From Cyanophora paradoxa CCMP329 (taxonomy: Eukaryota; Plantae; Glaucophyta), in NCBI GenBank assembly GCA_004431415.1, contig QPMI01000115.1, positions 62,001 through 126,000 of the forward strand: a stretch of 64,000 nucleotides of DNA, read 5' to 3'. The notes below the pieces were generated by a model. The model saw nothing but the letters and a program-made list of their open reading frames with translations. It did no database searches and was not told the origin of the DNA. Within the stretch, counting starts at the first letter, position 1; every line of letters begins with the position of its first letter. This document shows, one piece after another, positions 13,051 to 23,960 of this stretch. Made by a program: the position numbers and the translations under genes.

Positions 13051-14605
13051 CTACCCCCTGAGGCCTACTCTTGAACGCAGCCGTTGGGGGGGTGGGGATG
13101 GGGGTGGAGAGCTGGGGCCGGAGAGTTTATTGGGGCGGAGCCCCGGAGGGTTTATTGTGCACCGCCTCTGCGGGTTTATTGTGCGCCGCCGGGCGCAGGG
13201 CCCCCGGAGGGGGTGGGGGGCCGGGGGAGGGGGGGGGGGGGGGGCCTGCGGCCAGCTGCAGGTCCCGCCCTGCAGGCTGCCAGCGGCGTGGCAACCTGCA
13301 CCTGCGCGAGCGGGAACAGGCCTGGCGCGTGCAGGCAGGCCACGCCCGAGGGGCCGGAGACGGGTACGAGAAAATTTCCCACCGCGTCGGCGCGCGGCTG
13401 GCTGCGGCCCGTCCATGGCGCCGCCGCTGTCGCTCAGCGTGACCAGCGTGAGGTAGGCGGCTGGCGCGCCGAGCGGCGGCGCGAAATGGGTGTCGAGTTG
13501 GCGTTCTCGGCGGCGGGCCTCGTTGCCGGCCATTCCGTAGGAGATTCAGGAGCGCGCGCGTTAGGGGATTGCTTCTATGTTGTCTCCGGCGCGGCGAGGA
13601 GCGCCGCGGGAGCGGCCGCGGCGACGTCGGCTGGCCGCAAAGTCGGCCGGCTTTCGCGCAAAGCCCACGCCGCCACGCGCCGCAGCGTTAGTGAACGCGC
13701 GGCAGCCTTGGCGTGGCACACTGGCGCGGCGACGTGTTCCGTCAACACGCGGACGGCGCCCGGCCCCCGCTCCCTTGCTTGGCGCTGGAGCTCATCGGCG
13801 CTTTCTCATTTCGTTCCGCTCCTCATCTCCTCGCAGTCGAGTCGCTAGATGGCGGGTCTTTTCCACATGCAGGGAAGCTCAGGTCTTTCCGTCGACCTTT
13901 GCTTGTCAGGCGTAGTGCCTTTCTTGCCCTCCGCTATACGTGGGTCTTCCCTAGGGCGGACTTCCATGTCTGGAGGGTGTTTGCGCGCTCTGTTTGCCTT
14001 CATCGGTCTGCGTAGGGCGCTGGGCTTTTTCTGCAGGTGTATCTTTCGGCCTCTCGCCCCATTTGTAGATATAGGACGTAGATAGAATTTCTCATCACTT
14101 AGACAGAGCACAGCACTCGACGGTCCTCAGTGTTATCTAGTCGGAGAGATAAATTGGGCGATGTGAAACTCCTAGTAGTTGTTGTTGTGTGCTAATGCAA
14201 ATCCTCTCCACGCCCGAGGGGCCTGCTCCCCTCCCGAGCGCGGCGTCAGCCCGGCGCGCGCGGGCGGGGAGTGCAAATGCATACTTCGGGCTCAGGGTCT
14301 GTAGCCCAGTGGGGAGAGGCCGAAGATGAGGAGGGACTGGATGAGGTCGCCGCGGTGGAACAAGGGATGGTACCACGGGGAACAGAGAAGGGGGTACGGG
14401 GCTCGGCGGAGGTGGCGGTGGCGGGCTAGGGGGTGTAGGCAGAGGGGACGTTGGTCTAGGGGCGGGAGTGCCTCGGGGTGGAGCTGGCGGGCGCGGGTGG
14501 AGAACTCAAATGGGGGCGGTGGTGCGGGGGCCGGGGGCAGCGCCGACAACGGCGGGGGGGGCCGGCGGCGGGGGGCGCGGGGCTGGCGAGGAGGTGTCCT
14601 CCCAC

Positions 14606-14865
14606 GGCCACGCTTTCCGAGACATCAAGCGGGCATCTCGGACTGTGCAGCTCACCGTGCCAGGCTCACTGCTAGAGGACCGGTGCATATTATGTTCTGG
14701 AGGTGACTCTGTAGACTACAGCTAAAGCACCAGCTCGACACGACTAGTAGCTGTAGCACTCTTGTCATCTATCTCCTTCTGCAGTCAGCATCCCAGTATC
14801 CGGTAGGCGAGGAGCGCGGGACTGTTGTCAAGTGTGTACGATTGCAGCATACTTTCCAAAAAACC
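14606..14865 (+). repeat. Dispersed diverged direct repeat, copy 2 (~260 bp)
   Basis: See copy 1; same orientation, many substitutions and indels. Confidence 0.85.
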
Positions 14866-15099
14866 GCCGCCCGGCCCTCCACGGCCAGCTCCGAACTGCT
14901 TACGTAATTACCCCGGGGCGCTGTATCCCCCCGGCCCCGGTAGGACCCCCCGCCGGCGTTCTCCGCCCCCTCTCCGGCGCCTTCCCCCCCGTTACCGGCG
15001 CCCTCGAGGCCTGCGCGGGGTATAAATCAGTCTCGCGTCTTATACGACGTCTCTCATAAATGGAAAACGGGGCGCCTCCGGATCTGAACACGTGGTCGG

Positions 15100-18000
15100 C
15101 CAGCTGTGCCAGGTCTCGAGCCTTCAGAAGCCCCCGGCGCTGGTTAAAAACAACGCTCCGTCAGGCCCGGTGGGTACAACAACCCAGCGGAGGGGGGGAG
15201 GGCGGTACCTTGAGGGCGACGAGGGCGGCGCGGGGCGCGCGGGCGCCGACGGCGCTGCAGAGGGCGCCGCGGAGGGCCCACAGAGGCGTCTCGCCCTCCA
15301 TCGCCTGCGGGGGTACCGGCCGTTCAGGGCGCGCGCGCGGCTGGAATCCGACCCGGCCCCGAGCTCGAGCCGCTACTCCCCCCCCCCTCCTCATCCCCCC
15401 CCCGGCCTTCGTGCGCACCTCTGCGGAGGCGCGGAGGACGCAGGCGCCGGCGCGATCGCACTCTGCCAGGATCTGCGCGAGGGCGCCCCCGCTGAGAAGG
15501 CGCGGGGGGGCAGCAGGACGGCGGAAGGGCGGTCGGGGTGGGGGTGTGTGGGGGGGAGGGGGGGGTTGGGGTTGGGGTTGGGGGGTTGGGGGGGGGGGGG
15601 TTGGGTTGGGGGGGGGGGGGGGGGAAGGGCGCGGGCGGGCGAGGCGGGCAAGGATGCGATAGGAGACTGGAGGGAGGGTGCTATCGCTAAGGCGCGCTCG
15701 CGACGGCTTTAGATGGAGAGGGTTCTACAGGGGTACAGAGCTTCGGGAGGCGACAGCTCTAAATATAGATGAAGAAGAGCTCCGGGGGTCCTCAAGATGG
15801 GGCGGGGCGGGGCGGGGCGGGGCTGGGGCGGGCCTCCTGGGCGAGGAGGCTCTTGCCGTATCCGGCCTCGCCCTCGAAGACGAGCGTCGCCCCGGCCCCG
15901 GCCCCCGCCCCGGCCCCCGCCGCCGCAGCCAGCCGCGCCCGCACGGCCTCCACCTCCCCCTCCCTGAGGCGGGTTAGCGGGGCCGCGTGCGCCAAGTTAG
16001 CGGGGCGGGGCGGGGCGGGGCGGGCATGGGGCGGGTGTATGTATGAGAGAGTCAAGTTTGTGTTACTTGCGTCTAAGGGAGGGAGGGTGGCGGGCGGGCG
16101 GGCGGGGGCGGGGCTCACCGGCCGAAGCAGGGGGCGAGGTGCCGGCGGGGCGCCAGCGAGGCCAGGAGCTCCCTCGCCCCCGCCTCGGAGAGGGGCGCCG
16201 GCGCCGCCGAGACGCGCCGCAGCGAGCGCGCCCCCTCCTGCCCCCGCGTACGGCGTAAGCAGGGCGCCAACGAAGAGGGCAGGGAGGGAGGGACTAAGCG
16301 GGGCGAGTGAGGGAGTGCGCTGAGCAGGGCCGCCCTCTAAGACAAGTCAACTAACGTCAAACGCCGCCATGAGATAACGAAGCCGGCCTCCGCCCTCTAA
16401 CTAACCAGGGCTGCCCCTTAAGATAAGTAGCTTTAAAGCCACCGTTAGATAGCCTATAAGAACCGCGCGAAGCCGGCCTCCGCCCTTTAACTAACGGGCG
16501 CACCGTGTCGGGGCCGGGAACGGGGCGGAAGACGGGGATGGGCTCCGGGAATCCCTTGGCCGCCACCGGCGGCATCGCCCGCAGCGTGAACGCCTGCGCG
16601 CCGCCTCAGCCTCGGTTCCTTGGGGGGTAGGGGGAGGGCGGGGGGGTACGGCGCGGTTGACGCGGACGCCGACGGCGGAGGCGACGGCGCCGTCTGCGAG
16701 CACCAGCTGCCGCCCCGCCGCCTCCTGCCCGGGCGAAAGAAGGGTACGGCGTGTCAGAGGCGGAGCGCTGGCTGGACGGGTTGCGCGCTGGGGGCAGGGG
16801 AGGGGGAGGGGCGAGCCTTGTCGGGCCCGCCGGCAGCAGCAGCAGCTGCTGCGGCCTCCTCCAGCGTGCGCCGGGCCGAGGACATGAGGCGCGCCTGAAG
16901 GGGGCCAGCCGTCAGCTCCGCGGGGTACGCCGCGCCGTGTATTGGGGGGGGGGGGTACTCACCGCGACGATCACGCTGTCCCCGATCAGGGCGTACCTGA
17001 GAGGAGTGGGGGGGAGTGGAGGGAGGGAGGGGGTGGGGGAGTAGGGGTCAGATCAGATTGGGCGGGGTTGGAGGGATGCGGGGTACGGGCCCCGAGCGCA
17101 CTCTTTCCGGCAGGGCGCCCCGTAGGGTCCGATGAACGTTCGCCCGGAGGCGACGCCGCACGCGAAAGGGGCCCCGCTGGATTTGAACCACTTCTCCAGC
17201 GCCAGCGCGGCCGGATCGCCCGCTCCGCGTCTGGGGGTACAGGAATCGGAAGTAGAGGGGGTACGGGAAAAGCGAGGTGGGTGTACCGTCCTCGTGGGCC
17301 GCGCCGGGTACGCCAAAGCCCAACAGGGCCGAAGCACCCTGCGGAGGATGGGATCGAGGGTGTACAGGGCGACAGAGCTCCAGGTGGGGGTACGCGCCTT
17401 GTCGTCCACGAAGAGCTTGTTCACGGCACCCCCGAAGTCCGCCGCGGCACGGTACACGGAACGCACCACCTGGGGGTAGAGGATTAAGGGAGCGGCAGGG
17501 ATGCGGCTGAAGGGGGGTACGAGCCTGCCCGAAGCGGGAGGCGTACGAGTCCTCCCCCCCTCCGTCCTCGTTTCCCCCGGCGCGCCGGGCGGCCCGCCCG
17601 GGCTTCAGGTCGAGCTCCGGGAACGAAGCTACGCGGGGCGGGGTGCGTCAAAGATGCGGAAAGGGGGCGGGGAGGGGAAGAACGATGGGGGTACCGAAGA
17701 CGATGACGGTGTTTCGGATGTCGCCGGACCAGTAGGAGGACTTGTGGCGGAGGGCGCCGGAGGGGGCGAGGGCGGCGAGGGCGGGCCCGCCGCAGGCGGC
17801 GGCGGCCTCGGCGCCGGCGGTGTGCGCTTTCGGGAGGCTCGCTCCGCAGGCGCAGCGGGCGTCCAGGCTCGGGAGGGACAGCGGCGAGTGCGGGGGCGGG
17901 CCGGGCGAGGCCGCGGCCAGGCGGCGGAAGCCCGGCGGGGCGGGGTGGCCCGGCGAGCCCCGCGCAGGCTCGGACTGGAAAGAGGCTCCCAGGAGCGCGG

Positions 18001-19085
18001 CCGCCTCCGGCGAGAGAACGATGTCCGTGCCGGCGGAGGCGTTAAGCGCGTCGCACGCCTGCGCCGAAAGAATTAGATCCGGGGCGGCACGGTGGCTTGG
18101 AATCGGAATTTGATCTGGCGGACCTGGCGGACGGCGTCTCCGACGTAGACGAGCTGCGCGGCGGCCTCGTCCGCGCGCAGGAGCAGCACCCGCAGCTCGC
18201 CGGCCCCTGGATCGAATCGCGGATCAAATTCGAGGGCGAGTCGGGGCGGGGCGGGGCGGGCGGACCGATGCCGGTGTGTGCGGTGAGGACGTGCCCGCGC
18301 CGCTCGAAGGCGATGGCGCGCACGGCGAGGGCGACGTCCAGCGCACGAGCCGCCGCCTGCTCCGGCGGGCCGTCCTTCGCCGCCGGCACGAAGCACAGCA
18401 GCGCGTCGCCTGCGCCCGGAGCGTGAGAGACGGCGCCGGCGGAGGCGGAGGAGGCGGAGGAGGCGGCGGCGCACCTGCGAAGAGGAGGACTTCGGCGTCC
18501 CTCTCGTGGAGGGCGCGCAGCAGCAGCCGGAAGTACTGCGCGCGCCCGCGGCTCGACTCCCGCGGAGCGGGCGGGGCTCGGGCGGGCGCCGCGCATGCGC
18601 ACCTCGCCCAGCGTGCTCGTCAGCTTCTCGCAGGCGGAGACGCCGCCGCCGCCGTGCGTGAAGCTCCTGGCCAGCGCGGAGAAGCCCGTGATGTCAAGGA
18701 ACACTACCGCGCCGTGCATCGAGGACGCCGAGACTCTGTGCTTCTGCAGCTGCTGGACCTGCTCGCTGACAGCCGGGAGACCCAACAGACGCGCCGGCAG
18801 GTACTGCAGGATCTCCCCGGGGCTAACCGACGCAGGGGCGGTCGCGGGATGCGTAAACGAGCTCGGCGCACTCGGCAAGTCGGGAATTAGCCCCAGGCCC
18901 GCAAGACCCAGACCGCCGGCCGGGTCCGCGAGCGGGTCCGCGTCATCCCCAAGCTTGAACCCCGAGCGGGACGGGCCTGGCGGGCTGCGGCGCGGCCGCG
19001 AGGCCTCGGAACTAGAATCCGCCTGCATTCGTATCTCTCCTGGCGGCTGCGCGTCGTCAACGCCAGGCTCGCCGTCGGCCGCCAT
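15100..19085 (-). CDS. ADCY10: Soluble adenylyl cyclase-like (ADCY10/sAC-type) protein: two class III cyclase domains + P-loop NTPase; 3' end uncertain or truncated
   Basis: C1: GAVVFLDITGFSAL..., EVLLFA|GDALLCF, HTGIG, YVGDAVRQ. C2: GGAVNKLFVDDK|GASALLGFGVPGAAHED, CGVASGRTFIGPYGAPCRKE|YALIGDSVIVA|ARLM. Walker A: LVFEGEAGYGKSLL (~15845-15885). Confidence 0.85.
16330..16496 (+). repeat. Two diverged tandem ~80-88 bp units inside a probable intron of the cyclase gene
   Basis: aagccggcctccgccct(c/t)taactaac at ~16380 and ~16470, each preceded by a c..gccc.tAAGA.AAGT-type segment. Confidence 0.7.
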
Positions 19086-19428
19086 TGCTCCGACTTCGGA
19101 GCTGCTCCGCGCGCGCCAGCTGTTAGCTGCTGGGTTCAGTTAGACGCTGGGAGCGTGCTCTAGATCTGCTGGGCGCTGCTGCTGGACGCCCGCGAGCGGC
19201 CTGACCCCGCCAACCTTGCCGAGCCGGATTTCGATTCGCGGACCCAGCTCGATGGGGAGCTCGTCATCACGTACCCCCCTTGCCCCTTCTCCCCCACCGA
19301 CCTCATGCTGCTGCAGCTAGTGTCTGCTCGATTCCAGCGCCAGCAGCACCGGCAGCGTTAGCTGTACTACTCGAGCACGCCCATCGCTTTGCGCACATTT
19401 GGGAATCCAAGCCCAGCGGCGCACAGGC
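19086..19428. promoter_or_regulatory. Probable bidirectional promoter region between the cyclase (-) and WD40-RING (+) genes
   Basis: Divergent start codons at 19085 (-) and 19429 (+), about 340 bp apart. Positional inference only. Confidence 0.45.
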
Positions 19429-22139
19429 ATGACCGTGTGCCGCATCACCTCGGTGTACGAGGGCCCTGTGATGGCCCTCGACATCAGCCGCGTGCGTGCC
19501 GCGACGCGCCGCCCTGTCAGCCCGCTCGCCAGCGCAACCCGCGTACGGGGCGAGAAAGCGGCTCTGTAGCACCCCCTTAGAGTAATCGAGCACAGGGAGC
19601 GCGCCACTGAGACCCCCCGCGCCGCGCATGCGCAGGACGGGAGGCGCGTCGCCTCCTGCGGCGCCTCGGGGCCCGACGTCTACGAGATCCGCCTGGCGAC
19701 CTGGTCATCGCCCTTCGTGGGCGATCCGGCGTCCGGGAGCTCGCTGGGCAACGAGCCCGTCCACGCGCTCCGCTTCCTGGACCCGCAGGACAGGAGGCTC
19801 GCCGGGTGGAAGGCCGGCGCCTGGGCCAACGAGAGCGCCGCCTGCCAGGTGCCCGCGCGCACCGCCTCGCCCGCCCGCGATCGGCGCCTCGCCCGCCCGC
19901 GGCCGCGCCGGCGCGGAGCTGACCCGGCCCGACCGGCGCTGGCGCCGCAGGTGGACGTGTCGCAGCAGGGCGCCCTGCGCGCCGTGATCCACCTTCCCAC
20001 GCCCCGCTTCGGCGTCCCCGCCCGCGCCTTCGATTGCTCCCGGGTACTACTCCCCCGATCCTCCCGCCGCGCCCAGGATCGGCCGAGCCGCCCACGCCCA
20101 CGGGCCCGGCGCGTGCGCCCGCGCGCAGGACGGGCGGCTCTCGTTTGTAGGGGACCAGGACGGCATGGTCTCCGTCTGGATGACGGGCAGCATGACCGTC
20201 TCCCACCGCATGAAGGGTGAGAACGAGGGCGAGGGCGAGACCCTCGGCGCCGCCGCTTCCGAGACTCTAAGCGCCGCGCCCCGCCCTGCGCCCCGCGCAG
20301 GCCACTTTGGGGAGGTCCTGGCCGTCTGCGTCTCCCCGGTGCGGCCCTGCGTTCGATCCGAGTTCGCGTGCAATCGAATTCGAATTTGATCCGCTGGGGG
20401 CAGGACGGGGCGGCGGCGGCCTCGGGCGGCCAGGACGCTTCCCTCCGCCTATGGGATCTGCAGGCGCGTACCTAGATTCGAATTCGATCCGATTCGAATT
20501 CGATCCCAATTTGATCCGAGGGCGGCGCGGCTCGTTCGCGACATGCAGGGGCGGCGGCAGCGCGCCTCGGCGATGGGCTTCGGGGGCCCCGTGCACTCCG
20601 TCTCCTACGCGGCGAACGGCGGCCTCCTCGCCTCCGGCGGCGCCGACCGCGTTGTCCGCGTCCACGACGCCAGCTCGGGGGTACGAGGATTTCTTGCTTT
20701 TTCATGTACCCTCCCTCATGCAATTCCTCTCAGGCTGCTAGGAGGCAGCTGGAGGGGCACACGGACAGGGTCCTCGCCGTCGCGGCCTCCCAGGCGCGCC
20801 TGTACCCCGGCTCCCTCTCGATCCCCCTCCCACTTACCTCTGGGTACGCAACAGGACGGGGTGCACATCGCGTCGGGGTCCGAGGACGGCACCGTGCGGG
20901 TCTGGGACACCCGGTCAGTCCCGACCCCCTGCGGATCGCCGTACCCCGGACCCGATCCCGAAACGGCGTACGCCCTGCAGGATGGGTCCCGCGCTGCACA
21001 TCTTCTCCGACGCGCAGTCGGCCGTGACGTCAGTCGCCATGTCCTCGGTGATCTCGTACCCCCCGCCCGCGTCATCCCCCTATCGCCTGACGCCGGTACC
21101 CCCTCCCCAGGACGGCCAGACGATCGCGTGCGGGGCGGAGGATGGACGTGTTCTGCTCTGGTGCGCCCCGCCCTCGCTTACATCGACCTACCCCCCTGAC
21201 CCCCCCCCCCCCCCCAGGTGCCGCGGCCCGTGCTGTTCGAGCCCGAACGCGAGCGCGCACGCCCACACCGCCGGCTGCGTACCCGTCCCGCGCCGGGCCC
21301 CCCGCCCCACCACCACCAACCCCCCCTCCTCGTCGTCCCTCGCTTCGTCTACCCCCTCCGCCTCCTCCGCGGTGCATACCCCCCTCTCCGCTTCGCTTGT
21401 ACGCTCTGAAGGCCGCGCAGCCCTGTCCTGTACCCCCCCGGGCCCCTCTGGTCGCCTGGTCCGCGGCGTCGGCCCCGCCCTCTCCTCCCGGCCCCTCCTC
21501 CGCGCCCGCCGCGCCCCCCTTCCCCCCCTCCGAACCCGCCCCCGAGCGCGCCGCGGTCTTCGAGGTGCGCGTACCCCTCCCCTCCCTGCGAAAGAAACGC
21601 GGTACCCCTCCGAACCGCCGCCCCAACAGAGGGCGTTGGCGGCGATCGCCGAAATGGATCGCGCGGCGGCGACAGCGGAGCAGCGCGCGGCGGACGCGGA
21701 GCGGCGGGCGGCGGAGGCGGAGGCGCGGGCGGCGCGGCTCGCGGAGGGGAGGGACGAGGAGGCCGCCGCGCTGAGGCGAAGGCTGGAGGAGCTCGAGGGG
21801 CAGCTCGAGGGGGCGGAGAGGCTGGACGGGGGGTACCTGAAAGGCCTCAGCGAGGCGCAGCTGGACGCGCTCGCGGAGCGGCTGCACGCGGCGATCCGCC
21901 GCGTCGAGGCGGAGAGGCGGGAGGCCATCCGTCGGGAGGCGGCCGCGGCGGCCGCGCAGCGGACCTTCGACTGCTGCCTGTGCCTGGAGCGGAGGCCGCT
22001 GGGGGAGCGGCGGGCGCTGCACCCGTGCGGGCACGTCGTGTGCGGGGGGGCGGACTGCGGGCCCCGCCTGATCGCAGAGCGGCGGCCCTGCCCCCAGTGC
22101 CGCGCCGTCCTCACGGGCATCTCTCCCATCTTCGAGTAG
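19429..22139 (+). CDS. WD40-repeat + coiled-coil + C-terminal C3HC4 RING protein (putative E3 ubiquitin ligase)
   Basis: WD repeats: GHFGEVLAVCVSP..LRLWDL; SVSYAANGGLLASGGADRVVRVHD; LEGHTDRVLAV..IASGSEDGTVRVWD; IACGAEDGRVLLW. Heptad A/E/R coiled coil. RING: CCLCLE..LHPCGHVVCGGADC..PCPQCR, stop at 22139. Confidence 0.88.
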
Positions 22140-22592
22140 CCAGGGGCCGCGCGCCGGCCGGGGCCCGCCCGGGGCCCGCTCGGCGCCATCCCCTCGCCAA
22201 CTATCCCACCGCCGGCCCCCCGCCGCCTGATTCCACGCCCTCCTCCCCCCATCCCCCTTACCCGGCTCGCCCTTCCCCCCCCCCCCCCCGGCCGGGCCCC
22301 CTCTATCTCCCCCCCCCCCCCCTCCTGTTATCCCCACGCCGTCCGCTGGCCCTCTCTCTTCTCTTGCACACTTGAAAAATTGAGCTCGAGTGAGTCGACG
22401 TCAGGTGTGTGCGAATTCATACAACTGCAGTTCCAAATTAGAAGTTAGCTGTGCTAGCTGTGATTGTGCCATGCATATGATGGTCCGGACGATGCGAGCC
22501 GCTGGAAACCGCGGCGCGTGGGGAGGTGGGCCATTGCAACCCCCCCTGCTTTTTTGCCGGGGGGGTACGTCTCCACGACGATCTTCGTCGGT

Positions 22593-23929
22593 CGAGCGAT
22601 GCATGCGCAGCCCTTAGCAGCTGCAGCTGCGGGCGAGCGATACGCGAAGCGGGCGCGACTCACAGACGACCCCGAGCCGCCTCCAGGTGCGGGCGATGCA
22701 GCGCGGGGTCGGGGATCGATCGGTGGCCATGGGCGCGCGAGAGCGGTGCACGGGGGCGGCGAGTTTCAAACGGGCGAGCGATAGTGACCGGTGACATCGC
22801 TTCTCGACAGATGACTGGCGCGCGGTCTTCGCGGCGTCGGCGGTCGTCCCCGTCAGCGCCGAGGGCGTTCGCGCGTTCACGGAGCCCTCAGCCCTCGCCC
22901 GCGGCGAAGAACTGCTCGCAGCCGCAGCAGAAGCGTGGAGCGAAGCCGGCAGCGCATATGCATCGGGTGCTCTGCGGCTCACGATCCATGGCCAGCGCGA
23001 GTCAGCGTCGACGCCGGCGGCCACGGCCGTCAGCTGTGTGCGGACGCTGCAGCTGCGGATCGCGGCGCACTTCGGAGGCGGCGCAGAAGAAGCTCAGAGC
23101 GACGAAGCATGCGCACTCGTTCAGGCGTCTCTGACGGTGCGCCTCGAGCTTTGCCCGCGGTATACCTAACGCGGCGGCTGCGTTCGATGTACTCACAGCC
23201 AGCGCCGCCCGCGCCGGAGCAGGAGAGCGAGGCGGGCGGGAGCCGAGCGCTAGTGTGCACCGCGGTCACGTGCACGGGCGCGGCGTGTCGGGAGTCGCTC
23301 GGCCTCTGCCCGCACGCGGCCGCCTGCCTCCTCCGCCTCGCTGCCGCGCCCTCCCTCCCCGACCTCCTCGACGTCGACGATCAGGTGCCGGTGCTTTCGA
23401 CTTGTACTTCCTCACGCTTCCCTAGAGGCTTAACCGCACCGCCACTGCGTACCCTCAGCCTGACAGCATCCCGGAATCCCCCCCCCCCCCCCCCCCCCCC
23501 CCCGCTAAATACGGATAGACAAATAAGCTTCCTTTTAACGAGATAGGTCCTACTCAGCACTCTGCGCACAGTTTCTCGACCACCATTATTCATTTTATTC
23601 ATTTCAGCTAAAGGCACTTCACATAAATTATGCCTGCCACTCAGCTCCCTGCACATGCCCCCCCCCCCCCCCCGCCCCCCCTCCCCTCCGCCCCCCCCCT
23701 CCCCGCCCTCCCCCACCCCTCCCCCCAAAGAGAGAAATAGGCTTACCTATAGTGAGATAGGCCTTCTCCGAGCTGCTCCGGATCCTTCGGACCCTCTTCT
23801 CCCCACCACCATGTACCCGCGTACCTCCCCGCTTGCCCCCCCACCCCCCACCCCCCCCCCCCCCCCCCCGCCCACTGCGAATCCTCAGCCCATGCATATG
23901 CATGGTCTTCCCAACCTCGCCCCCGACCA

Positions 23930-23960
<31 letters not shown>

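Noticed and set aside
13123-13185. Triple g(g/a)gtttattg motif
   Set aside because: Short local micro-duplication with no supportable function.
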